A stretch of 62,733 nucleotides of DNA, counting the filler, from Blastocystis sp. subtype 4 (taxonomy: Eukaryota): assembly GCF_000743755.1 (NCBI RefSeq). It is 15 parts of 15 records of this genome, joined end to end, with 100 filler letters (N's around TTAATTAATTAA, not from the genome) between each part and the next. Parts side by side here need not be neighbours in the genome. Positions count along the whole stretch, not along the records: positions 1 to 3,986 come from NW_014569014.1; positions 4,087 to 8,063 come from NW_014569013.1; positions 8,164 to 12,121 come from NW_014569012.1; 12 more parts are not named here. One strand, 5' to 3'. Each line of letters starts with the position of its first letter. Position 1 is the first letter of the stretch. Below, piece by piece: positions 1 through 12,075 of this stretch. Under the pieces are notes generated by a model. It made no database searches. It was not told where the DNA came from and saw nothing but the letters and a program-made list of their open reading frames with translations. A program made the position numbers and the translations under genes.

Positions 1-166
1 TTTGGAGTTCTCTAGTTTTTGTGTTTTTCTAGTTATAGAACTGAGTAACTATCATGATTACAAACACTATTGTATTATCCATTTGTTCAATAAACCCTCC
101 TAAGATAGTTGTGAACAATAACCAGAAATTGTTCCAATTTCGGTTACGTAATACCCTTCCTCAAAA

Positions 167-1500
167 ATGGAGTCTACGAATGAGAATATCCCTTCGATGG
201 AAGTGAATCAATCTGTAGTTGAAACTGTGGAGCTCAAGACTAATGGAGAAAGTGTTGAAAGCAACGAAACTATTGAAGTCCCTACCCAAAGTGAGGGAGA
301 CCTTGAAAAGGTCATAGAAATTGTTGATGAGCGAACTGAAGATGGTACGAGCAATGAGACTATAGAGAAAACGGAAGAAGGGAAGGAGGACAAGAAAGAG
401 GAAGAAAAGATTGAAGAAAAGAAGGAAGATGATGACAAGATGGACAAGAAGGAGCAGCCGGACGAATGGACCTTGATTGGAAGTGTTTGTCTTACTCCTT
501 GTGGTCATGGTGTCATTTCCCAACGAACGGATGATGGTACTGCAATTGTCCTTTTAGTTGCATCGTATTTCCTTGTTAGACAAGTCATTCATAGAGAAGA
601 GGAAAAGTCTGTTCGTCTTGCTTCTGGGTACTTTTCGATCTCATCACTTCGTAAGCCAACGTTTGAAACAACTCCTCCGGCTTACGTAATTCTTCGTGCT
701 CAGGTTTTGCGTGATGTTATTGTTTTCCTTGATTCTCATATTTAGGTAGGTGACACTCTTATGAATGGAGAGATCTATGATAAAGCTCTCTTCTTGTATC
801 AATCTGCTCTCAATCTGTGTGCTGATATTGATAAACAGTACCAGGCAGATGCTACAGTTATTATTGTAACGAGTTTGACAAGTATGTGTACTTGTTTCCT
901 ATCGTTAAATGCATGTTCATGTTCGCTTCTTTCATTTATAGAAATTGGATCAAGCTGAAACAATGGCAAAGCAGGCATATGAGATTACACCGACTTATGA
1001 CAAAGCTGCAATTGCAATGGCAACAGTTCTTGTGGCTCGTAATAAATATCGTGAGGCACTGGTAAAGAAAGAGATCAGAACTTAAAGATAGGATTCATTG
1101 AAACCGGCCATTGAAGCAAATCCAGAAGTGAATGGTTTGAAGTTGATCTACAACAAGATAATTGATATGTACAATGAACAACAAACAAAGGAAGCTCATG
1201 AAAAGGCTAGCAAGTCGGTTCTTTTGAACAATTTTACTAAGAAACCTGCGTCAACAGTACAGGCTTCAGCAATGCAAGCAACTCCGAAACCAGAAGAGAA
1301 GAGTCAAATGGATTTGATGAAGGAAGCTCTTGCTAAACTTCAAGCAGAACAGAATAAACCGAAAACACCTGAGGAGTTGGCGAAGGAGAAAGAAGAAGAG
1401 GAGAAGGCGGCTGCAGAAGCTCGTTCTAATTCTATCTTATGGGGTGTTATTGGAGGAACTGCTCTCATTGCATTATTCTTGTTTAAGAAGTTCCATAAAT
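167..1500 (+). CDS. Multi-exon protein with acidic N-terminus, TPR-like helices and a C-terminal transmembrane anchor (tail-anchored). Stop probably created by polyadenylation.
   Basis: ORFs 167-745, 761-958 and 1098-1580 joined by ~30-nt GT-AG introns. TM segment ILWGVIGGTALIALFLFKKFHK, then in-frame T1500 + 4 nt + TGTTTGGA. Confidence 0.65.
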
Positions 1501-1529
1501 TGAGTGTTTGGAATCAAAACAAACAATAT

Positions 1530-2756
1530 ACTCCATCTTGGCAGCTACATGGAATGCACGAATGTGAAGATGTGTCTTAATTTGAATGATCGTAAGAATC
1601 ACAAAGGATGAGAACAAAATCAAGAAGACACAGAAACATACAGGAATAACCACACTATCTCGAACTATCTTAAAGATATGATTAATAGCAACGAACATAA
1701 GCGGATACATTCCACTAAAACGCCATGTTAGTTTTCTTCTACATAAATGAGCGATATTCACACGAATGGAGAGGAAGGCAAAGGTTAATCCAATCAAAAC
1801 TACACATTACCCTCATCCAAGCACAACTAACAAATCAAATATAGAGGATATTCAACCATTAGTTCAGAAGTTAACAAATAGAATCCACTTATCGAAATAC
1901 ACCTATGTATTAACTCTGATCTCTATTCCAACAGCAGAGGAATGAAACGATGCAGATATGACCAACGATCCAGGTTCTTGTTTCCTCGTTTCTCTTCAGG
2001 GATGGGAGACGAACGGAAGAAAGACTGAATGGCATAGACCACACATGTTAGAGAGACAACGAACATCATGAAAATAGCTAGAAGATGTTTTCCTGAGACT
2101 TCTCCCTTAATTGTCCTAAGAATGGGAATGTAGTCTTTAAGTTCGATATTCCAGATCTCAACACCATATATGGCTGTAATAATAGAAGCAAGGGTCACAA
2201 GAAGCATTGCCTCTGTAACACCAAAGAATTTACTTCCTGCAAGCAAGACATTACTCTGGTATTCAATCAACTGAGCGGCAACAAAGCAAGCACACATGCT
2301 AACAATTACAGAAGCTGTTGTCTTTCCAATACCAAGTCCAACAGCAGAGCAACTGTTAATGATGATGAAAATGAGATTCACGGCATCACAACCATGGTCA
2401 AATATCTGACCTAAAGGAGAAGAAGCATTCAAACGTCTAGCCTGCTTTCCATCAGCTGCATCAAGTGTAGCATAGATCTGCAAACAGATAGCAGCATTAA
2501 TATACACCCAAGAAGGGGCCTGACCAAGAAGCATAGGATCATAATGAGCTACCAACAAGGATGCAACTACATTAATTATCAATCCACTTAATGTAATCAG
2601 GTTTGGAGCAAACCAGGTGGGAAACATATATGCTACCTTAACCCACATAGGATTCAGCAAATTGTCAATATACGAATATTCTCCTCCATGATACTCATAA
2701 AGATCGAGATTAATCAAATCAGCCTCACTAAGATAATTCTGTGGCTTGAAATTCAT
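1530..2756 (-). CDS. Choline/ethanolamine phosphotransferase (CDP-alcohol phosphatidyltransferase). Stop created by polyadenylation.
   Basis: Signature DAADGKQARRLNASSPLGQIFDHGCD and WFAPNLITLSG; two short introns near 1800-1930; ends ...AAKME, then T + ATAT + TGTTTGTT. Confidence 0.9.
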
Positions 2757-2982
2757 ATGTCTTTTGGAGAATAGTCGTATTATTGACGTTTCATCAACTT
2801 TTTCGGTTGAACGACTATCGTGTTTATATGGCTAAATAGATATCCCGCGGGAATTTGATAATCTTTATGAAGAACTGGAATTAATTCGTTTATTGGAGAA
2901 ATACTTGACTATAGGGTCAAATAAATTGTTACAACAAATAATTCAAATGATAAAACAATACTGATGGCATGTGGAAATACTA

Positions 2983-3986
2983 CTATACATGATAGGATTT
3001 AGAGGATTTGGCTGGTTGAGATAAAATAAGATTCGACCCTTTCTTCTGTTGAGGTAAAGTGATATTCGAAAACTTAGGTGATTGGGTTTGAGGTTGGGGT
3101 TGGGGTTGGGGTGGAAGAGTACCTATTGGAAGAACAGGGCGTCTCTTCTTTACTATAATGATCACGATGACAACCATAATCACAATAATAACAACAGCAA
3201 GAGAGATGAGAATGATAGTGAGAGTGGATAGAGCGTTGACAGTAAAGGATAGTTGAGTTTGAATGAATCCGAGTTGATTGGAAGCCCGAATGATGACGAC
3301 TGTGGATGGGAATGTAGATGAAGGAATACCAGAAATGATTCCAGTTGTCGAATTGAGAGAGAGACCAGGAGGAAGAGTTCCTGAAGTGATTATGAATAGA
3401 GGATTCTCTCCTGAAATGATTGGAGAGATTGAGAATGATTGTCCTTTGATGAGAGTGAACGAGAGTTGAGGATAATGAAAGTTGGATAGAGGAATAGTGA
3501 CTAGAATGGAGATTGTGAATTGAGTTGATCCGACTTGATTAGATGCTTGAATGGTGATGTTTGTGAGAGGAATGCAAGATAGAGGAGTTCCAGATATGAT
3601 TCTTGACGAATGGAGAGAGAGACCAGGAGGAAGAGATCCAGAGATAATAGAGAATGAGAGATCATCTCCTTCACAATAGGGAGTTGTACTGAAATAGGTG
3701 TTGCTTGAAATAGTGTAGTTGTTTTGAGGATACATGAAGGATGAAGGAATGAGTTGAACAGTGAATGAAAGAGTGAATGGTTTATTACTCACATCATTGA
3801 ATGCTTTGATAGTGACTGATTGAGATGTGACGGATAGAGAAGGAATTCCTGATATCACTCCAGTTGATTCACTGAGAATGAGTCCAGTAGGAAGAGATCC
3901 AGATAAGATAGAGAAAGAGAGATCATCTCCATCGATCACTGGAGTGATTGAGAATGATTCATCTCTTGCAATAGCATAAGAGGAAT
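2983..3986 (-). CDS. Putative Ig-domain (He_PIG-like) repeat surface protein, 5'-partial, with TM helix and PQ-rich cytoplasmic tail
   Basis: Three repeats of FSIxSGSLPxGLxL...GxISGxP...TIxAxNxxG, then LTIILISLAVVIIVIMVVIVIIIVKKRR. Confidence 0.85.
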
Positions 3987-4086
3987 NNNNNNNNNNNNNN
4001 NNNNNNNNNNNNNNNNNNNNNNNNNNNNNNTTAATTAATTAANNNNNNNNNNNNNNNNNNNNNNNNNNNNNNNNNNNNNNNNNNNN
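3987..4086. other. Artificial contig-joining linker (N44-TTAATTAATTAA-N44). The same linker occurs at 8064-8163, 12122-12221, 16165-16264, 20197-20296, 24233-24332, 28279-28378, 34070-34169, 37976-38075, 41879-41978, 46894-46993, 51254-51353, 55094-55193 and 58914-59013. A separate 21-N scaffold gap lies at 30700-30720.
   Basis: Identical 100-nt spacer with stops in all six frames; genes are truncated at these points. Confidence 0.98.
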
Positions 4087-4087
4087 T

Positions 4088-4177
4088 GGTAGCAAGACGA
4101 AGCCCTATGTGAGATCGAAGGGTCGTAAGTTCGAGAGAGCTCGTGGTCGTCGTTCAAGCAGAGGATTCAAGGTCTAA
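4088..4177 (+). CDS. RPL18: 60S ribosomal protein eL18, 3' fragment
   Basis: Manual translation GSKTKPYVRSKGRKFERARGRRSSRGFKV*; TGTTTGTT at 4212. Confidence 0.93.
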   Translation, partial: GSKTKPYVRSKGRKFERARGRRSSRGFKV

Positions 4178-4284
4178 GAGAGTCCAGAAGTGCTTAGTAA
4201 CCTTCATGAAGTGTTTGTTGGTATTGTTTCCAAACAAAGAAAAGAAAGTCCCTAAAACAAAATACATATCACAAAGGTTAAATG

Positions 4285-5394
4285 TTACAGTTCTTCACAT
4301 GTCAGAAACACATATACCTTCCCTATATCAACAATGGAAATCCCACGATAACTCCACGAATAATATCCACCTCGTGATTTACTTCGTTCTGTAAGAGAAG
4401 ACACAAGTACATCCATGGATGTCTCTCTTTTGGTATTATCATAAACAAGTCGATAAAAACCCGGCCCAGTAAACCGGATCTCGGAAATACTGCTTATTCG
4501 TTGAGAAGTCTGAATTCTCCCTAACAAATCAGCATCATAATTTGGTTGATAGAGGTACCGAAAGTCCATTTCTAGGAATGGTACATAGGTTGCAGGAACA
4601 GATTGATACAATTTGTACAAACGAGTTGTAGCAGGAATGAGAGTAAACCGACCCCTTCGTATCCGGTCTGAAGCAATCCATTCGCTGAGTCTCACATCAA
4701 ATGGAGCCCGATGAAGAAGGGAAAATGTAGACATTGTTACCAGGAACGATTCAGAACTCGGGATGTCTGAGCGAAATACACCTATCGTGTTTGTTGATAA
4801 TGGATTCTCGTTTCCTGGAGATACAGCATACAAGGATACATCATTCCACAGAATATACGAGGCAGCAGAACAAAACTCAAAGACATCAAGGGCAAATAAC
4901 ACTGGTTTCTACACATCAAAAAAAGGAATGAAATGTACTAGAATAACAAGTACCTGTTCAAAATGTGCAGCTTCCAACACTTTCAAAAGTTCTTCTCGTA
5001 AAATATATCTATCACCTTTAGTGTTTCGGCCCTGTTTGATTCTCTTGACAGTTAGCACTTGACAATCCTCATTCGAAACAAGGAATTGTTTTCTCCAGTT
5101 GTTGATAACTGATTCATGCGATTCATCGTACAATGCTACCACCACATCAACATACAGACGATTCTCTTTCGAATTGAGAACGCTCAAGAGACTATCCAAC
5201 ATCCGTTGTTCATCACCTAAGGGTGCAAAGCCCAGGAACACTACAACAGCCGTCTTGCGTTCCCCAATTGCATATCTTCCTCGCATACTTATTGGAAATG
5301 GAATTCGACCAGCATCAAGATCAGGAATATCGTTCCAAGACTTTCCAAACACAGCATCATCCAGCTGTACTTGAAAATGGATTTCTGGATCCAT
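4285..5394 (-). CDS. Divergent GT13 / N-acetylglucosaminyltransferase I (GnT-I)-like protein; 5' end probably extends further upstream
   Basis: After removing the 30-nt intron 4909-4938: FALDVFEFC..ILWNDVSLYAVSPGNEN..VFRSD..SEWI..RRGRFTLIPATTR..YLYQPNYDADLLGRI..YRGI, co-linear with GnT-I motifs. Confidence 0.65.
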
Positions 5395-5666
5395 GTCCCC
5401 TTTATCCTACATTCGAGCTAATAAAATAGACATACTTCTACTGGTTTTCCTGTTGATACCTTAGAGATTGGCTCATAATGCTAGATGACTCAAAAAACTG
5501 ATAACAACCATACAGAATAGTATTGTAATGCAGTCAAACTGTCAAGATACAAAAACACCTCACTCACTAAGATTCCCACAACTAGACTCAAAACGACAAG
5601 AAGAGTCCGTCTTGCATCCATAAATCGAACAAACAAAAACGATAAAAGAACAAGATAAAAGCAATT

Positions 5667-7775
5667 CTACCTGGAGTAATGAGTTCCATTCTTTCTCTTT
5701 CCAGAATTGAGATACTTTTGCAAACTGGCTGTGGCATAACGATCGCCTTCTCCCTTCTGTCCGCTGAATGCCATATTCCTCTGACTGAGATGCGAAGCAA
5801 CCCGCGCCTTCTTCTGCAGCGATGGACTGAGATCTGCCACATCCTTTTGAGGCTTTCTACTATGCGACTTCTTCCGCTCCATTGCTGCTGAAGCCTCCTC
5901 ATCTTCAGCAATCCGGTCAGCCATCCGACTGCGCGACCGCTTCACTGATCTCTTTGCCACCTCGTCCGTCTCCAGACCCATTTCATCCATACGAGATACC
6001 ATATCTTCCAGACTATTCCGTTAGTTTCTCTTTCATCTCTTACTTTCGCTTCCGATTCTTACTTGCGATATGAGCATGATTTGTTTCCTTATTCACTTTC
6101 CTCTGATTTGCAAGTAGAATTTCTTTCTCATGCACCATCTGATATGTCTTATTCAGCCACTCCTCATAATCCTTATCATCCTCAGGCTTCTGCTCATTCT
6201 CATACTCTGTTGCTAACTGCTCTTCTTCCTCTTCCAAAGCCTACACTTCATTTCTATTCCATTTCACTTACCTTCAATTTTGCTTCAATATCAGGATCGT
6301 AGAAATCGGCCACATTTTTGCCATCCATAAATTGAGGGATACAATCAGTAATCCACTCATCATTCTCCAGCTGGCCTCGATAGTGCTCATACTCAGGGAA
6401 ACTGAATACACCTGGTCCACCCAGCTCCCACTGCTTCTTATCGAATCCAATCCGGCGAGGTACTCCAGCAGCATCACGAGCTGCTTCCATCTCCGCCTTC
6501 TCTGCACGACCTGTCCGACCCGTATCACGCACTGTGCGTGTCATTGCATTCATCTCCTGAAGACGACGCACACTCTCCGGAATCTCCACACCACGAACCA
6601 TATTGTCACGAGGCTTGGGTTGAACTATTTGTAGCTTGTCAAGAATGCTACGAGACTTGCGATTAGCCATCTTATTGCTGATTCGCAACATAAGCAACTG
6701 CTCACAAGCAGCATTGCGTACCTCCATGATTCCTTCTTCCTGGAGAGAAGATACATGCATCAAGGTAGCATTAGACTCAGCTACAGCCTCATCAATTAGC
6801 TGACGCTCCTCAGAGTTCAGATCCTGGTACTTCAGTACATCACTCTTAGAACAAATTAGGAAAAGAGGCTTTCCAGCGAACAAGGGATGAATATTCTTAA
6901 ACAAAGAGATTTGTTCCTCGATCGAGTATGTACACTGACCGCTTAGATCGATAAAGAACAGAATAGCGGCTTGGAGATGAGCCATAGCTGTGATGGACTG
7001 CATTTCAATCGTATTTCGTTCCTCCAGAGGATGATCCAAAATACCAGGAGTATCAATCACTTGCCAACGAATGAACTGATAATCCATATGGCCCAAGAAT
7101 AGTGATTTTGTGGTAAAAGCATAGGGCTGGACATCCACATTGGCTCGGGTTATTTTGTTCATGAAACTGGATTTACCTACGTTAGGGAAACCACAGAGAA
7201 TCAAGGTTCGATCGGTAGGATCAATAGCTGGCAGACGAGACATGTGCTTACGCACCTCCTCCAGGTAACACAGTGAAGCATTCAGTTTCTTCATGACAGT
7301 ACACATACGACCGAGAGCGGCATGCTTCAACTGCTTACAACGATACAATGAATCACCGTATTTCAAGAGACGAACGTAGTCTTGACCAATCTGAGCAATC
7401 ACATTCTTAGCAGTGTTGATCTGTCCCAGAGCAAGTTTGTAGTGATCTCGATCGTAGAGGACATTGATAAGATCCGCAAAGAAAGGGTGAATCTCCTAAA
7501 ACTCAAAGAACCAAGGCGCTCCCACTTCCAAGCGAGGAAACTCATCAATAATGGCTTGAAGCTTTTCAATAGTATTCTGCTGAGTGAATTTCACTTTTCG
7601 CATATAGAAAGCTTGAATTCGCTTGATCTTGAAACTAAGCAAGTAAACACACTCAGCCATCTTCTTACCCAGGACGCACAACCGTTGGTGTCTTTCTCTG
7701 TGTCTTTGAGAGAATAATGTCCACCAATTCACTTCCAGTGGGCACTGCGGTGATACTCTTAAAGTCCTTGGACAT
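5667..7775 (-). CDS. NOG1: Nucleolar GTP-binding protein 1 (multi-exon)
   Basis: [27 protein letters not shown]1 [38 protein letters not shown]-terminal [11 protein letters not shown]. Confidence 0.95.
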
Positions 7776-7971
7776 AGCTCTTTATCTAGTTCGTACAAAC
7801 TACGAAAACGTGTTCAAGAAACTCTAATGTGAGTTTTTCGTGAACCACACGTTTGTGGATGAAACGCCCTCTTTCCAAAAGATCTGAAATCACTCTCTCT
7901 TGGCCTAACTTCTCTCATCTATTCTCAATAACAACAAATCCTTCATCCAACAAACATATCAATAAATGAAC

Positions 7972-8063
7972 TTAGAATACCTTGGTAGCACACATCACTC
8001 CCTTCTGTTCCACCATCTCAAATCCGAAAGCAGTAGCCAACTTGGTCATACCAGCATTCTCCT
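7972..8063 (-). CDS. 3' fragment of a possible GNAT-domain protein
   Basis: Manual translation ENAGMTKLATAFGFEMVEQKGVMCATKVF*, resembling the GNAT C-terminal N-x-x-M-x-x-L-x-x-x-x-GF motif; TGTTTGTT downstream. Confidence 0.4.
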
Positions 8064-8163
8064 NNNNNNNNNNNNNNNNNNNNNNNNNNNNNNNNNNNNN
8101 NNNNNNNTTAATTAATTAANNNNNNNNNNNNNNNNNNNNNNNNNNNNNNNNNNNNNNNNNNNN

Positions 8164-8246
8164 CTCCTCTTGGTCGTTTCGCTGTTCGTGATATGAGACA
8201 GACTGTTGCTGTCGGTATCATTAACAGCACTGTCCGTGCCAAGTAA
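8164..8246 (+). CDS. EEF1A: Elongation factor 1-alpha, 3' fragment
   Basis: PLGRFAVRDMRQTVAVGIINSTVRAK*. Confidence 0.95.
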
Positions 8247-8336
8247 GCAAAGTCCATAACTCTACTGTTTGTTTGAAACAATTGAGAAATGATGGTTCCA
8301 AATATGAAACAATACTAAGAGGAACTCAGTTAATCG

Positions 8337-10137
8337 ATGAGTTCCTTTATTATCGGAATTGATCTTGGAACATCCACTTGCTATGCCTATGGAATGGAAC
8401 CAGGTGGAGAGAGAAAGGATATTCCAGATCAAAGTGGACATCTTGTTATTGATTCCTATATTGCGTATTCAAATGGAACACCACTTTTTGGGAACAGTGC
8501 AAAGAAAGCAACTGGACGACGTGTGACCAAACTGTATGAATTGAAGCGATTGATCGGAAAGAAGTATGAAGATGATTCGTTCCAATCCGATTTGAATAAA
8601 TGGCCTTTCAATGTGGTTCGTGGAAATGATGGAATGGCAGAAGTGGAATATGAGATTCGAACTTCAAATGGAAATCAGACTCGACGAGACCGTCCTGAGG
8701 TATTAACAGGAGACTTGTTGAAGTACATCAAGAACAATTCCCAGCGTTACAATGAAAAGAATCTTCCTGTATGTGCTATTATCACGATTCCTGCTCGTTT
8801 TACAGATGCTCAGAGGAAGGCCACTCTTGCTGCTGCCACTCTTGCTGGTTTTGATAAAGTCCAGTTGTTTCCAGAACCATCTGCTGCTGCATTAACCTAT
8901 GTAAATGGAAATAAGAATGTTGTAGAAAACCAGACTTTTGTTGTGTATGATTTTGGTGGTGGAACCTTTGATGTGTCTATTATTGAGTATGCGAATAATG
9001 AATTCAGAATCCTCGAAACAGACGGTGATAGTCATTTGGGTGGAGCAGATATTGACAACTGTTTGATGGACCACTATCTGAAAGAGTTAGAAATGGTTCA
9101 TCCAAACACAAACACCAAAAATCGACTTGCCAAAATCAAAGCACATTGTGAAGAGGTGAAAGTTGCCTTATCTGGACATGCTCAATCTTGTTTAGATTTT
9201 AATGTGGCAAATGCTGATTACGATGACACAAGTATTATTACTCGTGAAGAATTTGAAGGTCTTATCAGACCTACTATCATATCAAAGACTTTTGATATTC
9301 TGCGTCGTTGTATTGTTCGATGGCAAGAAAAACATCCAGGAAAGGACTATGATGGTATTCTACTAGTTGGTGGAAGTTCTGAGATTCCTTGTATTCGTGA
9401 AATGTTGAATCAGGAATACCCAGGTCGAATTCTCTCTGATATTACTCCTGGCAAGGCAGTAGGTGAAGGAGCGTTTATTCGAGGTTGTGTTTGTGAGAGT
9501 GAAGTGATGTATAGCTCGTAATCTGTATGCTTTTGATCCCGATGCGATCCGTATTGTGGATATTCTGCCTCAGAAAGTGGGTGTGTGGGTTGATGGAGAC
9601 ATTCTCACTATTCTCCCTGAAGGTCAACAAGTCGATGTTGAAGTTTCATCTCCAGTATTCTACACTGCTGATAATGCTACGTTCTTCACAGTCAGAGTGT
9701 ATCAAGGTGACTGGGAGACAAATCCAGATCTCACTACAATGGGTCGTTTCCTAGTCAATATTCCTCACCCAGGACCAATGAATCAGAATCCGATTGTACT
9801 CAAGTTCACTTATTGTTCAGATTGTATTGTACGAATTAGAGCCTATATCAGTGACACGTTGATTCAAACTGCAGAACTGATGGATCGATGGTGTAATGCG
9901 GACTTTGAGATATTGAAACAGAAATACCGAGATTTGCAGAAAACAAGAGAATTGATATTCAGAATCGTGCCACTCGTCTCCTCGATATGTTTCAAAAGAC
10001 TGGTACCCATAATGATGAGGCTGAAACTGCTCTAAGGATTCGAGCACAGACTCATGCACAAGCTATGACTGTTGGTAGCCTCAATATGGCTGAAGAAACA
10101 CTCCATCAGTTAGAGGAGAAATACCATGATGTTTTAT
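8337..10137 (+). CDS. Divergent Hsp70-family protein with one intron (9484-9514), an apparent frameshift near 9940 and a poly(A)-created stop
   Basis: IGIDLGTS, TIPARFTDAQRKAT, PEPSAAA, YDFGGGTFDVS, HLGGADID, LVGGSSEIP; ends KYHDVL, then T10137 + 4 nt + TGTTTGTG. Confidence 0.85.
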
Positions 10138-10269
10138 ATCGTGTTTGTGTAAACAATAGAAGTGTTGTTTTACAAAGCAATAGGAAGTAGTATCAATAGA
10201 AACACAATTCAAGTGGGGGTTAGAGAACGGTTATTTCGTAAATCCAAAGTATCTTCATAAACAGATACA

Positions 10270-12075
10270 ATGTTTGCAAAACTTTTTGTATTTTCTGTGC
10301 TTCTATCCGTATCTTTTGCTGGAAACTTCACGGTGGGCCAAAACACCTATCTTTTGAATGGAGAGCCAATCCAACTGATTTCGGCTGCTTTCCATTATTT
10401 CCGTGTCCATCCAGCTAGATGGGAAGATACCTTCAAGAAATTGGCGAATGCTGGAATCAACACAGTAGAAACGTATATCGCTTGGAATATGCATGAACCA
10501 GAGCGAGGATCGTATAATTTTGAGGGAGCAAATGATATTGACCGTTTCTTCAGTCTTGCAGAGAAATACCACTTGTTGGCAATTGTTCGTCCCGGACCTT
10601 ATATTTGTGCTGAGTGGGAGTTTGGAGGACTTCCTTACTGGTTGTTGAAGGAAGATGGAATTCAGCTTCGTACAAAAGATCCGAAGTATCTGGAGCCTGC
10701 TCTGAATTGGTTTGATGTTCTTCTTCCCATTCTTCAGCCTCATCTGATTACGAATGGAGGTAGTATCATTATGACTCAAATTGAGAATGAGTATGGTAGT
10801 TATCCTGCATGTGATAAGGAGTATCTGAATGCATTGTATGAAAGTACTATCAAGCACTTCGGTCCTGCAACAGGTTATGTGACCTTTACAACAGATGGTC
10901 CTTCAGATGGAATGGTTACTTGTGGTCGTTTGGAAGGAAAGGCTTATACGACTGTTGACTTTGGTCCTGGGAATGCTCATGATCCATTTGCAGTGATGCG
11001 TAAGTATGAACCTACAGGTCCTCTTCAGAATTCTGAGTATTATCCTGGTTGGTTGGACCATTGGAAGGAGAAGCATGCAAAGACAGAGATCAAGCCAGTC
11101 ATTGATACTATGGTGGAGATGTATGAAATGAATGCAAACTGGAACTTCTATGTGTTCATTGGAGGAACGAATTGGGGTTTCATGAATGGAGCTAATGGAG
11201 GAGGTAAGTCCATTCAACCTCAACCAACAAGTTATGATTATGATGCTCCTTTGTCAGAGGCAGGAGATCGAACAGAGAAGTACTATGCAATTCGTGATAA
11301 GATTGGTGAGTGGAAGACACTTCCTCACTATGAGGTGGAGGATACAAAGAAAACCAATTATGGTGAATTCGAATATGAGGAAATGGCTTCTCTTTGGGAC
11401 AATCTGGATTTGATGGATCCGAATCCAGTGACTGGTGAACATCCAATCACAATGGAGAAGTTGGGTGTTGATTATGGATTTATTCTGTATCGAACACAAG
11501 TGAACAAGGGAGGTAAGGTCCGTGTGGAAGATATTCATGATCGTGGTTATGTGTATGTCAATCAGAAGTATTATGGTTTGATTGAGCGTCAGGATGTGTC
11601 TGTGACTGTAGAGATTGAAGCAAAAGAAGGTGATGTGTTGGATATTCTGATGGAATCTTTAGGTCGTTTGAATTATGGAGGAAGTATGACTGATCCGAAG
11701 GGTATTCTGGGTGATGTGTATCTTGATGATGATGCTCTTCTCAACTGGACGATGTATCGACTGAATATGAGATTGCCTACTCAGCTCCGTTGGAGCAAGG
11801 CAAAGACTGTTTCAGGTCCCGCTTTCTATCGTGCTGTGGTGGACATCAAGGAACCTGCTGATACCTTTGTGAATCCCAAAGGATGGAACAAGGGACATAT
11901 CTATGTGAATGGATTCAATCTGGGAAGATACTGGACTGTTGGACCTCAGTTGACTCTCTATTGTCCTGCTCCATTGCTGAAGGAAGGTTCCAATGATATT
12001 ATTGCCTTCGAAATCTTTGGTACTGAGTCGATGAAGATGTCTCTTGATGACGAGCATCAAATCGACATCATTTAG
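10270..12075 (+). CDS. Secreted GH35 beta-galactosidase, intronless
   Basis: Signal peptide; HYFRVHP, TYIAWNMHEP, RPGPYICAEWEFGGLPYWL, QIENEYG (acid/base), SEYYPGWLDHW (nucleophile), TSYDYDAPL, NLGRYW. Confidence 0.96.
   Translation: MFAKLFVFSVLLSVSFAGNFTVGQNTYLLNGEPIQLISAAFHYFRVHPARWEDTFKKLANAGINTVETYIAWNMHEPERGSYNFEGANDIDRFFSLAEKYHLLAIVRPGPYICAEWEFGGLPYWLLKEDGIQLRTKDPKYLEPALNWFDVLLPILQPHLITNGGSIIMTQIENEYGSYPACDKEYLNALYESTIKHFGPATGYVTFTTDGPSDGMVTCGRLEGKAYTTVDFGPGNAHDPFAVMRKYEPTGPLQNSEYYPGWLDHWKEKHAKTEIKPVIDTMVEMYEMNANWNFYVFIGGTNWGFMNGANGGGKSIQPQPTSYDYDAPLSEAGDRTEKYYAIRDKIGEWKTLPHYEVEDTKKTNYGEFEYEEMASLWDNLDLMDPNPVTGEHPITMEKLGVDYGFILYRTQVNKGGKVRVEDIHDRGYVYVNQKYYGLIERQDVSVTVEIEAKEGDVLDILMESLGRLNYGGSMTDPKGILGDVYLDDDALLNWTMYRLNMRLPTQLRWSKAKTVSGPAFYRAVVDIKEPADTFVNPKGWNKGHIYVNGFNLGRYWTVGPQLTLYCPAPLLKEGSNDIIAFEIFGTESMKMSLDDEHQIDII

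Noticed and set aside
4031..4042. TTAATTAATTAA recurring about every 4 kb, as a biological repeat or CRISPR-like array
   Set aside because: Always embedded in N runs of fixed total length 100; a synthetic six-frame-stop contig linker.
4832..4839. GTATCCTT on the minus strand as a GT-AG U12 donor
   Set aside because: It lies in continuous coding sequence (NDVSLYAVS) that aligns with the GnT-I motif; no intron is needed.
9935..9950. Programmed ribosomal frameshift in the Hsp70-like gene
   Set aside because: No canonical slippery heptamer or evident stimulatory structure; a 1-nt indel in an A run is more likely an error or mutation.
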